Below, piece by piece: positions 22,898-33,417 of a stretch of DNA of 64,000 nt. The notes beneath the pieces were generated by a model, which was given only the letters and a program-made list of their open reading frames with translations, made no database searches and was not told the DNA's origin. The stretch is from Selaginella moellendorffii. Taxonomy: Eukaryota; Plantae; Lycopodiophyta. A program made the translations under genes and the position numbers. The stretch lies in contig NW_003314293.1 in the NCBI RefSeq assembly GCF_000143415.4, positions 1,432,457 through 1,496,456 on the forward strand, written 5' to 3'. Every line of letters begins with the position of its first letter. Position 1 is the stretch's first letter.

Positions 22898-25314
22898 GTA
22901 GAAAAAGAAAAAGAAAAAAACAAAACAAAACCAAAGAACCTTTTTGCTTTCCCGTCAAGGCGAGCCTAGTTTCTGGAATTCGTCTTCGCTGCTCAAGACG
23001 ATTGTCGCTCAATCCGGCAGCTCTTTAAACATCTACGACCACAAAACAAACGCTTGACCACCGTAGCAAAACATTTCACATACTTACTTTCATAAATCGT
23101 GATCACTCGAGCATATCACGACAACAAAAACTATGAAGACATCCATAAGTGAAAATCATTTCTTCAGAACATAAAAAACCAAGAACTTACATGAATAACT
23201 TTGCGCCATTGTTTCAACCGTTAAAACAATGATTGATTGATTGATGGGGAATCTTAGCTCTTCTCTTATATCCCAGCCATCAGCGGTATTCGTAAACAGC
23301 GTGGAGATGTACTCTTCGCCGCAAGCATAAATTGGATTTCTTGGCAGCCCAGCATCTTGCGTCGTAAGTAAGAATGAGATGCTTGATGCTCGATCGGCCG
23401 AGGAACCCGATTCCGAAAAGACAGTCCGTGTGTGGTTGTAAATAGCTCTTGTCACAACTTGCAGTTCCCTGCTCAGAGCTAGCACCAGTATCATTGCCGT
23501 GCGCTGTCCTCGCGAAGTCTCGGAGAGTAAACTAAAGACGCTTTACCAGTTTTGTGGGATACTTGCCACCGAAAAATTTATGGTAGTTCTCTGCAGTCGT
23601 CTCCGCTTGATGCTGCCCCTGCTTGAAAACTTGCCTGAGGCCTTTCTTATGAAAAGCCACAGATAAGAAACAAGAGACCTGCCCTTCCATGTCCGTCTCG
23701 TCACTTGGCATGGAGCCTTGAAATGCAAAGCTCAAGGTCTGGGCAAACTCACGCGTCTCTGGACGACTTCCAACTGTTGTCCTGTATTGACGCCAGTCCG
23801 GACCTAGGGGATGGAAAGATCACACACAAGTCTGGGACGTGATGAAAAGAAATCCGGACCTTTCGAGTTCTCCACTGGCTGAGGCCTTGACGCTTGCTCC
23901 AGAATAAATGCTCCATGCGGGTCCTTTTGATCAGCGCAGTATATGCATGATCGCAAGAAAAGCGCATATGGATCAGATGTCCGAGCAAACAAGAAGCGGA
24001 GCACCTCTCGATGCACCGGATCAGGTTCCTGGAAAGATGAGTTAAATGAAAGAAAAAGAGCAAAGCAAGAAAAGCGAAAGTGAACCTTACGAGCAACAAG
24101 TTGTAGAGACGAGTGAGCAAGTCAGCTCCCTTCAGGAAAGCCTTGAGTTTCTCCAGCATTTCATCGCCGGTGGTGGTAAACGCTGTTTTCTCTTCCTCGT
24201 CATGGCCACCTGTGGAACAAATCGGTGTGATAGTCCTCACGGCCGAAGCAAACGCCTGATTCAGGAGCCACGGACGAGCGCCGCCAGCCTTCCTCCTGTG
24301 AAAGCCGAGGAAGAAGTCTACAAACCGATCGAGCTGGTGCCTGTGCCATCCCCCTCGAGCAAAACACGAGTAGCTTGGCCAAAGCACTGGCGCTGGATGA
24401 GAGCCGCCAGAGAGTGAGCAGTGTTATCGACGGCAAAAGCCCTGGAAATTCCGGGAGATCCTTGACGAGCTTTGCCTCCTAAGATCACATTTTCTTCGCA
24501 AATTAACTAGATACTAAACGATTGAAGGAGCCTACACTGGAACAAGGAGACGATGGCTGCGGAGCATGTTTGATCGCTCAACGGACGCAAAACTCGCCGC
24601 GCTTCTCCCAGCAGTGTGAGATCTTCGGTGCGGAGGAAGTAAGTACATAGGAAAAGCCACAAAACAAGAGACCAACGAACCTTCTCTTCCGGAAGAATAA
24701 AGCTCCCTCCATTCGTGGGACACAACACAGTTTCTCTTTTTCGTTTTCTTCCCACTGCAAACGAAAAATAAGTAAAAAGACCAACAAAAAGCTTACTTTC
24801 TTAACAGTACCTGAGTGAGCTCCACATGGAACCAAGAGCGCCTGTGAAACTCAGCGTGGCCAATCCAGGCTGCTTCCAATGTTTTGAAGTAAGAACTACC
24901 TTTGAGGCTCTTGGTGCTGGTGAAGGCTGGTGGAGGCTGACACTGCTACTCACAAGGAACAAGGCAAAGGATTTAAGTTACCAAAAAAAATAAAAGATCC
25001 GAAATAAAAATTCTGCTTTCCTTGGTGGTGGTCTTTATGTTTTATGCTTGCCAAAGAGCAAATAAGGATAGTGCATGAGAAGAATGTATCTCAATCAATA
25101 CTTTGGAAGTGGTTGCCAAAGTGATGGTGGTGAGCCGTGTGGAGGTGGCAGCGATGGTGGTGGAGATAGTGGCAGCCGAGGTGATGAGTGGTGTGGAGGT
25201 GGTAGAGAGATGGCAGCAACTTTGGCGGCAATGGTGATGACATGCATGGTGGTAGTGCCAATTTTGATGGAGGGGATGGTGGTGGAGGTGGTGGTGGAGA
25301 TGATGGGAGCGGAA

Positions 25315-25912
25315 TGTAAGCTCCTGAGTTTGGACTTCCCGGGAGGTCACCCAGCCCAGTATTATTCACACCCAAGGATGTTTAACTCTAACTATCCCAA
25401 GACCCTTAACCGATTGGAAAAGGTGGTGCACTCATGTTCATGCTCTATATTTAAACCCCATGGATCGTCTCTCGAGTTGTTCCCTTTGGTTGCTTACAAT
25501 CCACCATGCTTCCCTGCAAGCAGGAGCAAACTGGACCAGCCAGATGTCAATCGGAAGCTGAGAGCCGTAGTTTTCCCGAGAGCCTCGCTCTCTTGACACC
25601 CTACCCCTTGGGTCGAGCCCAGCAGGAGCAAACTGGACCAGCTAGATGTCAATCAACATATGGTGTGATTCCCTTAGCCAACCAACAGAGTCGGACCCGA
25701 GACCCCTCTGATACCAAATGTAAGCTCCTGAGTTTGGACTTCCCGGGAGGTCACCCAGCCCAGTACTATTCACACCCAAGGACGCTTAACTCCAACTATC
25801 CCAAGACCCTTAACCGATTGGAAAAGGGGGTGCACTCTTGTTGATGGGCCCTTTCCCTTTATATTTGAACCCCATGGATCATCTCTCGAGTCGTTCCCTT
25901 TGGTTGCTTACA
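25315..25912 (-). mobile_element. Cassandra-type TRIM (terminal-repeat retrotransposon in miniature with 5S rRNA-derived LTRs)
   Basis: LTRs at 25315-25498 and 25719-25912, each TGTAAGC...GCTTACA. iMet PBS (tggtatcagagg on minus) at 25705-25716; near-TSD cggaa/cggca. 5S-like core agttaagcgtccttggg...gtactgggctgggtgacctcccgggaagtcc on minus. Confidence 0.92.
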
Positions 25913-28767
25913 CGGCAATGGAGAAGATATAAAAAATACAATCCAGAAAATATATTATTACTTCTTTAAATTTCTTTATTCATTGATGTTATTTTTGTAT
26001 GTTTCGAATTTTTGTTGGTAAGCAAGGGCTATGAAAAACAGTTAACCTCCCTACACAACAAGAGTTTCCACCCAATGCTCTCCCACATGTCTAGATTTCA
26101 CTATACATAATTATATAGTGTGAATGCTAATTTAGCCACTCCTATACTCATGATGTAACACAACTAAACCACCTAAAAAGAATTATAAAATGAAAAATCC
26201 ATTCTAAAACAACCTTTTGCAAAGCAATCTCCACTTTAGCATTCAATGCAACTCCAACAACTTGCATTGAAAAAAATTCTAGACAGTTGAAGTTGTCATT
26301 GCAAAATACTTTTGGAGGAAGTCCCTTTAAATCCCATCTTAAAAAAATTTCATAAATCCCCTTTAGATCTAAAAGGACCAATTTATAATTTATGGTGGCA
26401 TGTGGTGCAGTATGGTGGCATGGAAAGGGTTTAGCAAGGCATTTACCAAGATCCATGTGACTAAAGATAATAGTGCTTGTGGTAAGCAAATATATTTCTT
26501 TTCAATTAGTAATTTTCTTGTGGCTTTCTTGATTATGAGGCAAATAATGGTTTAAGGCTCAATGTATTACATTTGAGCTATACCCCTGACTGAACATTAG
26601 GAAGGAGAACAAGAAAATACGTTTTGTCTTCTCAAATGAAGCGATTATGGATAAAATGTGATCCTTGATCAAGTCAATGTACAAGCCAATGCTGTTGGGA
26701 AGTGAAGATTTCTCATCTCAATGGGACAAAATAATGAGAAAGCTGAACAATTTGAAAAAGTACATGTTTTTTTGTTGTTTTTTTTTTGTTTTTGATGTTG
26801 TTTTTTAGGCATGAATTCTTTTGTTAATTTTCAATGCTTAATTTATTGCATTGAATAGATTAAGCATTAAAATTGTAAAACTCGTGGATAAAAAGCTCAA
26901 CTATCTCCCTTAATAATTGATTAATTTTCATATAATAAATCTATATTTTGTTAGTGCTCACATGTTTTTAGATTAAAAAATACCACTAAAAAATAAAAAA
27001 TTATGTTAATGTAAAACCCATTCAAATGCCTAAAGAGTAACGAAAACAATCCCTCTCAAGAGATTGTGTGATACATATCTCAATTTACTAAAATTTGATA
27101 TTACCGAACAAAAAAGATTGTTTTCATTGCTCTTTAAACTTTTGGATAATCTAGGATCACACAATCACTTTACTTGAAGAGGCAAAATATATTTTCTCGT
27201 TCTCTGATTATGAGGTGAGTAATGGGTTTAGGACTTGATGTATTTATTACATTTGAGCTATACCCAAACAAATATTAGAAAGGATAACAAAAAAAGCTAA
27301 TATCAATTAAGACTTGGAAAATCCATCTAAAACAATAAAGCACAGCATTTCTAAGGGGAAAGGGAAGGAATCTAAAACAATAAAGCACAGCGTTTCTAAG
27401 GAAGGAAGGGAATGTACCTAAGAATTCCACTGCTACTGCCACCGTTAGAGTTGGGCTACTAAAGTTCTTGGGCCATTGTTGTCAAGAATTATTAATAAAA
27501 GAAAGAAGGAAAAAGGGGACTGCGCTTGCTAGGGCTTCTTGATCAAGCACTCATGTTGGCCAAATCACCAATGGAAACAAAGAGGAGATCTAGTGCTAGA
27601 GTGCATACCTCTTGAGGGAAGCGCTACTCCTCAAAAACCCTAGCGCCCGAAGAGGCAGTTCCCGGGTAGGGTGAGCACGTTCCCGCCCAGAACAGGCGAG
27701 CCAGGTGTTAGCCCAGCAGCGCATTCTGGAGGGAATGAACGAGGCCGTGCCCGGGAATGGCCTTAACGGGCTGTGGCGAGACCGTTAATGGACACGTGTA
27801 ATAACATTATTGGAGAATGAGAGGGTTCTCCAGAACCTCGCAGCTGGCAGCTGGGTTCTGGAGAACCTGGCAGTTGTCAGCCACGTTCTCCAGAATGTGG
27901 CTGACAACAATAAAATTCTCATAAAGAACCTGACTCGATCTAACGGCTGCTCAAGTTAACAGGCGAGCCACAGCCCGTTAAGAACTTAGAAATGCCGTCC
28001 CCAGTTCGAACCCCACTGGGATTCGAATCACAGAACCCTGCATTTCCCAGGTTACAATTTGCCTTAGCTGCGCATGCCATGAATTTCGCGTTTGGGGGGA
28101 TAAGCTACGAAGCTATGGTGTAGTCCGCGGCTATGGTTTTATGGTACATATTTTTACTGTGCTCGATTCGAACTGCGAGATCCGAGCTTTGCGAAGATAA
28201 GAAAAAAAATATCTACATTTCTTTTTGAGGCAGCCACCGACTGGTTTTCAAAGAGATGGTTCTTGAGGATTCAGAAAGAACGCAGCGATTTTTCCAATCA
28301 TCGGTTTCAGAGAGAATTTTTGAGCTATTCCATCACCATCAAACAAGAACCACCAGTCTCTGTTATCTCTGTTGTCAGGTCATTGCAATTATATAAAATT
28401 CCATCAGAGAGATCAGAGGGAATCCGATTTTAGAGTGTCATCGCCCAACAGAGAATAAACCACACAAGCAAAAAGAAATTTTTCCTGCTCTTGGCTCATC
28501 GGCAGTTCTTGGGTTCGACGCCTAGACTCGTTCCTCACTGCAAATCTCAGTAGAGGGAGCACACATCTCATCATAGCCAAGACGAAAGGAAGAAAAACAC
28601 CCAGCAAACAAAGGGAGAGGGAGAAGAAATTTTTGCTTCAGCCATCCAAGGAAGGTTGAGCCGCATCAATCCTCAAGCCCGGCAAGGCGAGAACTCTCGG
28701 GCGGCCACTGCGAATGTTTTGAGAACGGAGCCTTAGAATGATCATCACGAGCAAGACGCAAACACTA

Positions 28768-28945
28768 AAACCCTAGACTCATTGAAGAAACCCTAGCCCC
28801 ACAGCCTGAATATATCCATCCTCTACAGCAACCACAGCCGTCCGATCAATTCCGATCTTGCGGCTGTGGCCAGGCGGCAAATTTAGGGCGGATATTTATC
28901 TTTTTTCTTAAACCCAGCGTCCACGTCAGCTACACCGATTAGGGT
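28768..28945. promoter_or_regulatory. Telo-box-like motifs (AAACCCTA/TAGGGTT) upstream of the DnaJ gene
   Basis: aaaccctag at ~28768 and ~28788; ttagggtt at ~28939. Confidence 0.4.
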
Positions 28946-28965
28946 TCTTGGCATTTCTTCTGGAA

Positions 28966-31208
28966 ATGGAGGGGGACCAGCCTGATCGCGAGCTCTACGC
29001 GCTCTTGCATCTCGATCCCGATGCCTCCGACGAGGACATCAAGCGCGCGTATCGGCAGTGGGCGCAGGTGTATCATCCGGACAAGCATCGTACACTCCAG
29101 GTACTACATTCTTCGTTTTCCTCCACCGATTCTCGCTGGAAATATTCTGCCAGATGCAAGACATTGCGACTCAGAACTTCCAGCGCATTCGCGAGGCGTA
29201 TGAGATCCTCAGCGACGAGAAGAAGCGGCAGGTTTACGACATCTATGGCATGGAGGGGCTGAAATCCGGGCTGGAGCTTGGTCCCAAGCTCAAGACGAGG
29301 GAGGAGGTAAGAAACGAGTACGAGAAGCTCCAGGCACGGAAGGTGGAGCAGAAGCTCGCGTCTCACGTTCTACACTCGGGATCGATGGTCGTCTATCTCT
29401 CGCTCGTCGAGGCCATGCGATCGTCTCTTCTCAAAGGGGCTGCGCTTACTGCGTAAGCTTGGTGTTTCACTCTCTTCGACCTTTGTTTCTTCTTCTTTCT
29501 TTCGAGTGTTCTGACTTGAAGCAGCTACGCAGGATGGGAATGACCACGCAAATTCAAGCGCAGATCTCTAAGAAAGACACAGTTCTTGCGGGTGGCAACA
29601 TGTTTCTTCGAAGAAACATGGGAGGAGGCTCCATGACTGGAGTGCTTCGCCACCAATATTGCCCGGCTACGTCTCTGGAGTTCATGGCGACTTTGGGACT
29701 TCGGTCGGTTCTGAACTGGCAGATCACCAGGTATTTTCTGTTGCTTGTGGTTTTCTGATGTTTAAACTTGGAAAGATCAGGCAAATATCGTCTCATTCAT
29801 CGGGCACGCTTAGCCTCTCTTACTCGCTGCGGAGTGGACACGTAACTCTGGGTGAATCATGGACGAGGCAGATCGCTGAAAACACGACCGCAACTGTAAG
29901 GAGTTTGTGGTTTTCTGTTTTTCATTATACTGAGATTTGAATGCTCAGCTTTTGCTCTTTCTTGGTCCTGATCCGAATCAAGCGGGTTTAGTTCTGGGCT
30001 GGCAACACAAAGGAACCAAAAACTCGATAAGCTCTGAGATCAAAGCCGGTCCAGCAGCTGCAGGAATCAGTGGCCAAGTCACCAGGCAACTGTCTGGCAA
30101 GTCCAAGGGGAAAGTTAGCGCTCGACTTGGGAGGTATGCTCATCTGTGAAAGTCATTTGGTAACTAGAATATCTATGCAGTACTGGTGTTGAGCTCGAGA
30201 TTGGTGGTGAGAGAAGTATCTCTGACCATAGCTCGGCTGGAATGTTCTGCGTGATAGGCCTTCAGGTACTTGTTATCTGTTTTTTTGTTATATAGGCCTT
30301 CTAATAATCTGCGCTTGTGCTGCAGGGAGTGTCTTGGAAATTCAGGTTCACTCGAGGTGGCCAGAAGTTCGTCGTGCCGGTTAGCAGTTTCACGAGTACT
30401 TTCTTTCTTGTGTTATATGGTTCCTCGTCCTGTGCAGCTTTTACTTGCAGCGCGTTTTGATCCGGTAGTGGCACTTGGTGCACTTCTCTTACCATCGACT
30501 CTATATGTTGTTCTCAAGGTACATTTATGAAGACCTCGAACCTCTGGTAATCTATTTGTCTTTCGTGCTCGCAGAAGTACCTCTTTAAGCCGTATTTCTT
30601 AAAGAGAGCAGAAGCGAAGAAGCTGGAACAGCGAAAGTCGACAGTAACACAGGTCTGTAGAAGGCTGTTAATTTCAGTGTCCCTGACCAGGATTAACAGG
30701 TTCAAGAGTCTCGGGCAAACGCCGAAAAGGCTCAAGATCTCTTGAAAAACGTTGCTCATCGTAAAGTTGCGAAAGCGGAGGAGACAGGAGGCTTGATCAT
30801 TGCCAAAGCCATTTACGGCGATCTCAAGGCCCGGGATGGAAACGTGTCTGGAGAAGACACCCCTCCAACGATTGACGTGACCATACCTCTGCAGTTCCTT
30901 GTCGACGACTCTGGTCAGCTCAAGGTAAAGTTTCTCTACATGGAGGAACTTGTGTCGTTTTGATCTATGTTTCATGTAGCTCCACGCCGGCGTAAAGAAG
31001 GCCGGATTGATGGGCTTTTGTGATCCATGCCCGGGCCAGCCAAAGCAGCTGGTTGTCTCGTACACCCTCCAAGGCTCACAGTTCAAGGTAAGGTTTTCCA
31101 AGCCGCTCTCGTTAGAATGTCACTGTTTGTGGTTTTGTCCAGGCTCTGGTCGATGACTATGAGGAACTCACGATCCCACAAGAAGCTCACAAGCTTTCCT
31201 CAAAGTAA
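28966..31208 (+). CDS. DNAJC11-like chaperone (plant DnaJ13 type), multi-exon
   Basis: J-domain ELYALLHL...YHPDKH...[18 protein letters not shown]; C-terminal DUF3395-type [11 protein letters not shown]...[13 protein letters not shown]; GT-AG introns. Confidence 0.92.
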
Positions 31209-31343
31209 ATTTTGCGAGCAAGCTCCATCCAACTTGGAATGCTGTAAAACCATGGCACTGTAGCAACGAATAACAAAGGTGGAGCCACCACCAGGTATGG
31301 ATTCTCACATTCTCAAAGCACTAAAGAGAAGCTCTCTTACATT

Positions 31344-32396
31344 CTAAGAGATTTTATTCGCGTTCCAAGTGCAATACAGCCATGGCAACTGCGAGAGAAA
31401 GGTGGCGAGATAGAAGGTCCAGATGGCCATCAACACTCTCACGCTGCCCACCAGCACTGGCCCAGCTCCAAACGCACCAAGCAGCTCCATCGCCCGCCCC
31501 AGCTGCCGAAACCGATACATGGTATACACCGCCGCCACCAGTGGATAAGTTGGCAGCCTCTCCTTGCAAAGCAGCCGCTCGTACGCCGCCTGGACGAGGA
31601 TGAGCGCCAAGTAGGGGCCAAACGCCGCGAGAGCCACGCCCGGCTTTCCCGAAAAGATGGACATCACCAGAGCAAACGCTGCCACTCCAATACCCGCGTA
31701 CGTGGTGTAGTCCCAGACTTGAGGCAGGCCTTTGGGATAGCCGAGGATCTCCCAGGGGGCGATCCACGGCGGGAGCTCACCCGGGACGCTCTGCTGGTGG
31801 CCGCATTTGTCCGCGAAGACGAAGAAGGCGTCGGCGGCGAGCACGTAGATCAAGTCGAGGGCGAAGACGGCGCCAAGCCCGATCCAGAAGTTGGCCTGGA
31901 GGAGATCGACCAGGGAGAGTGAGAGCGTCGGGAGCACCACTGCCGAGGTTGCCAGCACTGGACCGAGTAGCCACAGGAAACCGGCCTGATTGTCCACGAA
32001 AGCCAGAGCTCTCTCTCGGATCGACTGTGGATCTTTCGGCGGCCGAGTGGCTCTGGTCTTTGATGAGCTTGAAGGATCGCCGCCAGCGTGCGCAGCCGAG
32101 CAAAAGATACCACCGAGCTTTTCTTCCTTGCGTTTTGGTGGCCGAGACGAAATCCAAGAGTGGAGTGGACGGATTGCCGGGAAGCGATGGCAGGAAATCT
32201 TTGTCAAGCGGAAGAGCTGACTGGAAATTGCGGTGCCAGTAGCAGCATTCGTCCCAAGAGAAAAGGCTGCTCCACCATGCAAGGAAAAGAGAGATCGAGT
32301 GGGTCTATGGTCTAGCTGCTGGAATGACATCCTAAAGAGCTTACCTGAAGAAGAACAGACCGGGAGCCCTGCCGCCATTGCCCTCGCAGCTACCAT
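31344..32396 (-). CDS. Conserved-type plant multi-pass membrane protein, probable plastid transit peptide
   Basis: Ser/Arg/Ala-rich N-terminus and several hydrophobic helices; FLWLLGPV and YPLVAAVYTMYRFRQLGRA motifs. Confidence 0.75.
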   Translation of the reverse strand: MVAARAMAAGLPVCSSSGKLFRMSFQQLDHRPTRSLFSLHGGAAFSLGTNAATGTAISSQLFRLTKISCHRFPAIRPLHSWISSRPPKRKEEKLGGIFCSAAHAGGDPSSSSKTRATRPPKDPQSIRERALAFVDNQAGFLWLLGPVLATSAVVLPTLSLSLVDLLQANFWIGLGAVFALDLIYVLAADAFFVFADKCGHQQSVPGELPPWIAPWEILGYPKGLPQVWDYTTYAGIGVAAFALVMSIFSGKPGVALAAFGPYLALILVQAAYERLLCKERLPTYPLVAAVYTMYRFRQLGRAMELLGAFGAGPVLVGSVRVLMAIWTFYLATFLSQLPWLYCTWNANKIS

Positions 32397-32652
32397 TTCC
32401 TCTCCTCCATTAGATACTCTGTCCCGAGGATATTCTCTACTACGTGGCGAACGCGCAAGCTCGAGTACGGCAAGAAGTGTACGGTAGACCACAACAGATC
32501 TCCTGGCAAATAGAAAGAGTTATCCGATAACCAAGAACACTAAATGTCATGAAACTTACAAGAGCGATGGTTATTTCCAGTGATCGTCTCGTTGATGAAT
32601 CGATGGAAAAAGAGCTGCAAAAAGATCGAGGCTTGCGAGCAGGAGAAAGAAT

Positions 32653-33417
32653 CTAGAGGATGTTGCAGCCGCAGAACCACTTACGGCAGCAACTTGGTCG
32701 CGGTGATGGCGGTGATGGCGCTGGCGGAAGATTTGGAGGAGAAGAGAATGCGGGAATGGCGACGAGGAGGGTTCCAGCGGATGAAAGACTGCTGCTGCTT
32801 GGCGTGGAATCGATCACCTTGGCTTTGCCTTTGAGAGCGCGCCGCCATTCGTCCTCGACAGTAGAAATGTCGCCAGTGTCGGAATCGCTCGCGTTCGGGG
32901 CCGCGTCAGCACTGTCGGAAGAGCTCGGATTCTCCGGAGCGCGAGAGCTCGGATTCTCCACGCTTGATATTTCGGCCCTGGAAGTGCTCGGACCCTCGCC
33001 GCGACGGCCGCGAGTGCTCGATTCGGCCTCGCCAGAGCTCGGCATCGATATTACGGCGCTGGAGCTGCTCGGATTACCTCCGCCGGGTGCTGTGGCGCTG
33101 GAGCTCGGATCCTCGCCGCTGGAGCGTGGGAAGAATATTACGGAGCTTGAAGGCCCTGGATCGAGAGAACGCGGGATCGATGTGGAGGAGGAAGAGCTTG
33201 CGCCGTGGCCAGGGATCGCCGAGGAAGCGCTGGGGCCGCCGCGGATCGACGTTGGCAAGACATCGCCGAATCTTGCGGCCGATGCGATGGTGGAAGCCCT
33301 TGCGCTGGACGCGATCGACCTGGAATTGCTCGGCGCAGCCGTGGCAGCTGGATTCGCTGCGAGATCGTCGTGAAGAACCAGCTCGGACTCTCTCGGCTTG
33401 GAAGGCTTGTTCCCCAT
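32653..33417 (-). CDS. Ser/Pro-rich disordered protein with MGxxxS N-terminus and Cys-rich CaaX C-terminus (CNIL)
   Basis: 254-aa ORF MGNKPSK...PSCCRKWFCGCNIL*; paralog at 48770-49867. Confidence 0.75.
   Translation of the reverse strand: MGNKPSKPRESELVLHDDLAANPAATAAPSNSRSIASSARASTIASAARFGDVLPTSIRGGPSASSAIPGHGASSSSSTSIPRSLDPGPSSSVIFFPRSSGEDPSSSATAPGGGNPSSSSAVISMPSSGEAESSTRGRRGEGPSTSRAEISSVENPSSRAPENPSSSDSADAAPNASDSDTGDISTVEDEWRRALKGKAKVIDSTPSSSSLSSAGTLLVAIPAFSSPPNLPPAPSPPSPRPSCCRKWFCGCNIL

Noticed and set aside
25332-25387. A standalone 5S rRNA gene
   Set aside because: Only ~56 nt of the internal part is present and it is embedded in LTRs, so it is explained by the Cassandra element.
25075-25596. 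Gly-rich or Pro-rich ORFs on both strands
   Set aside because: GGT low-complexity tract running into the TRIM LTR; no evidence of a real gene.
32653-32700. Heterotrimeric G-protein gamma subunit, suggested by the WF..GCxIL tail
   Set aside because: No coiled-coil/GGL region or DPLL motif; the body of the protein is disordered.
32660-33373. Long antisense ORFs (also 6090-6806 and 48906-49484) opposite the Ser-rich genes
   Set aside because: Low-complexity Ser/Ala/Pro codons rarely give stops on the reverse strand. The lipidation motifs and shared 5' flank favour the other strand.
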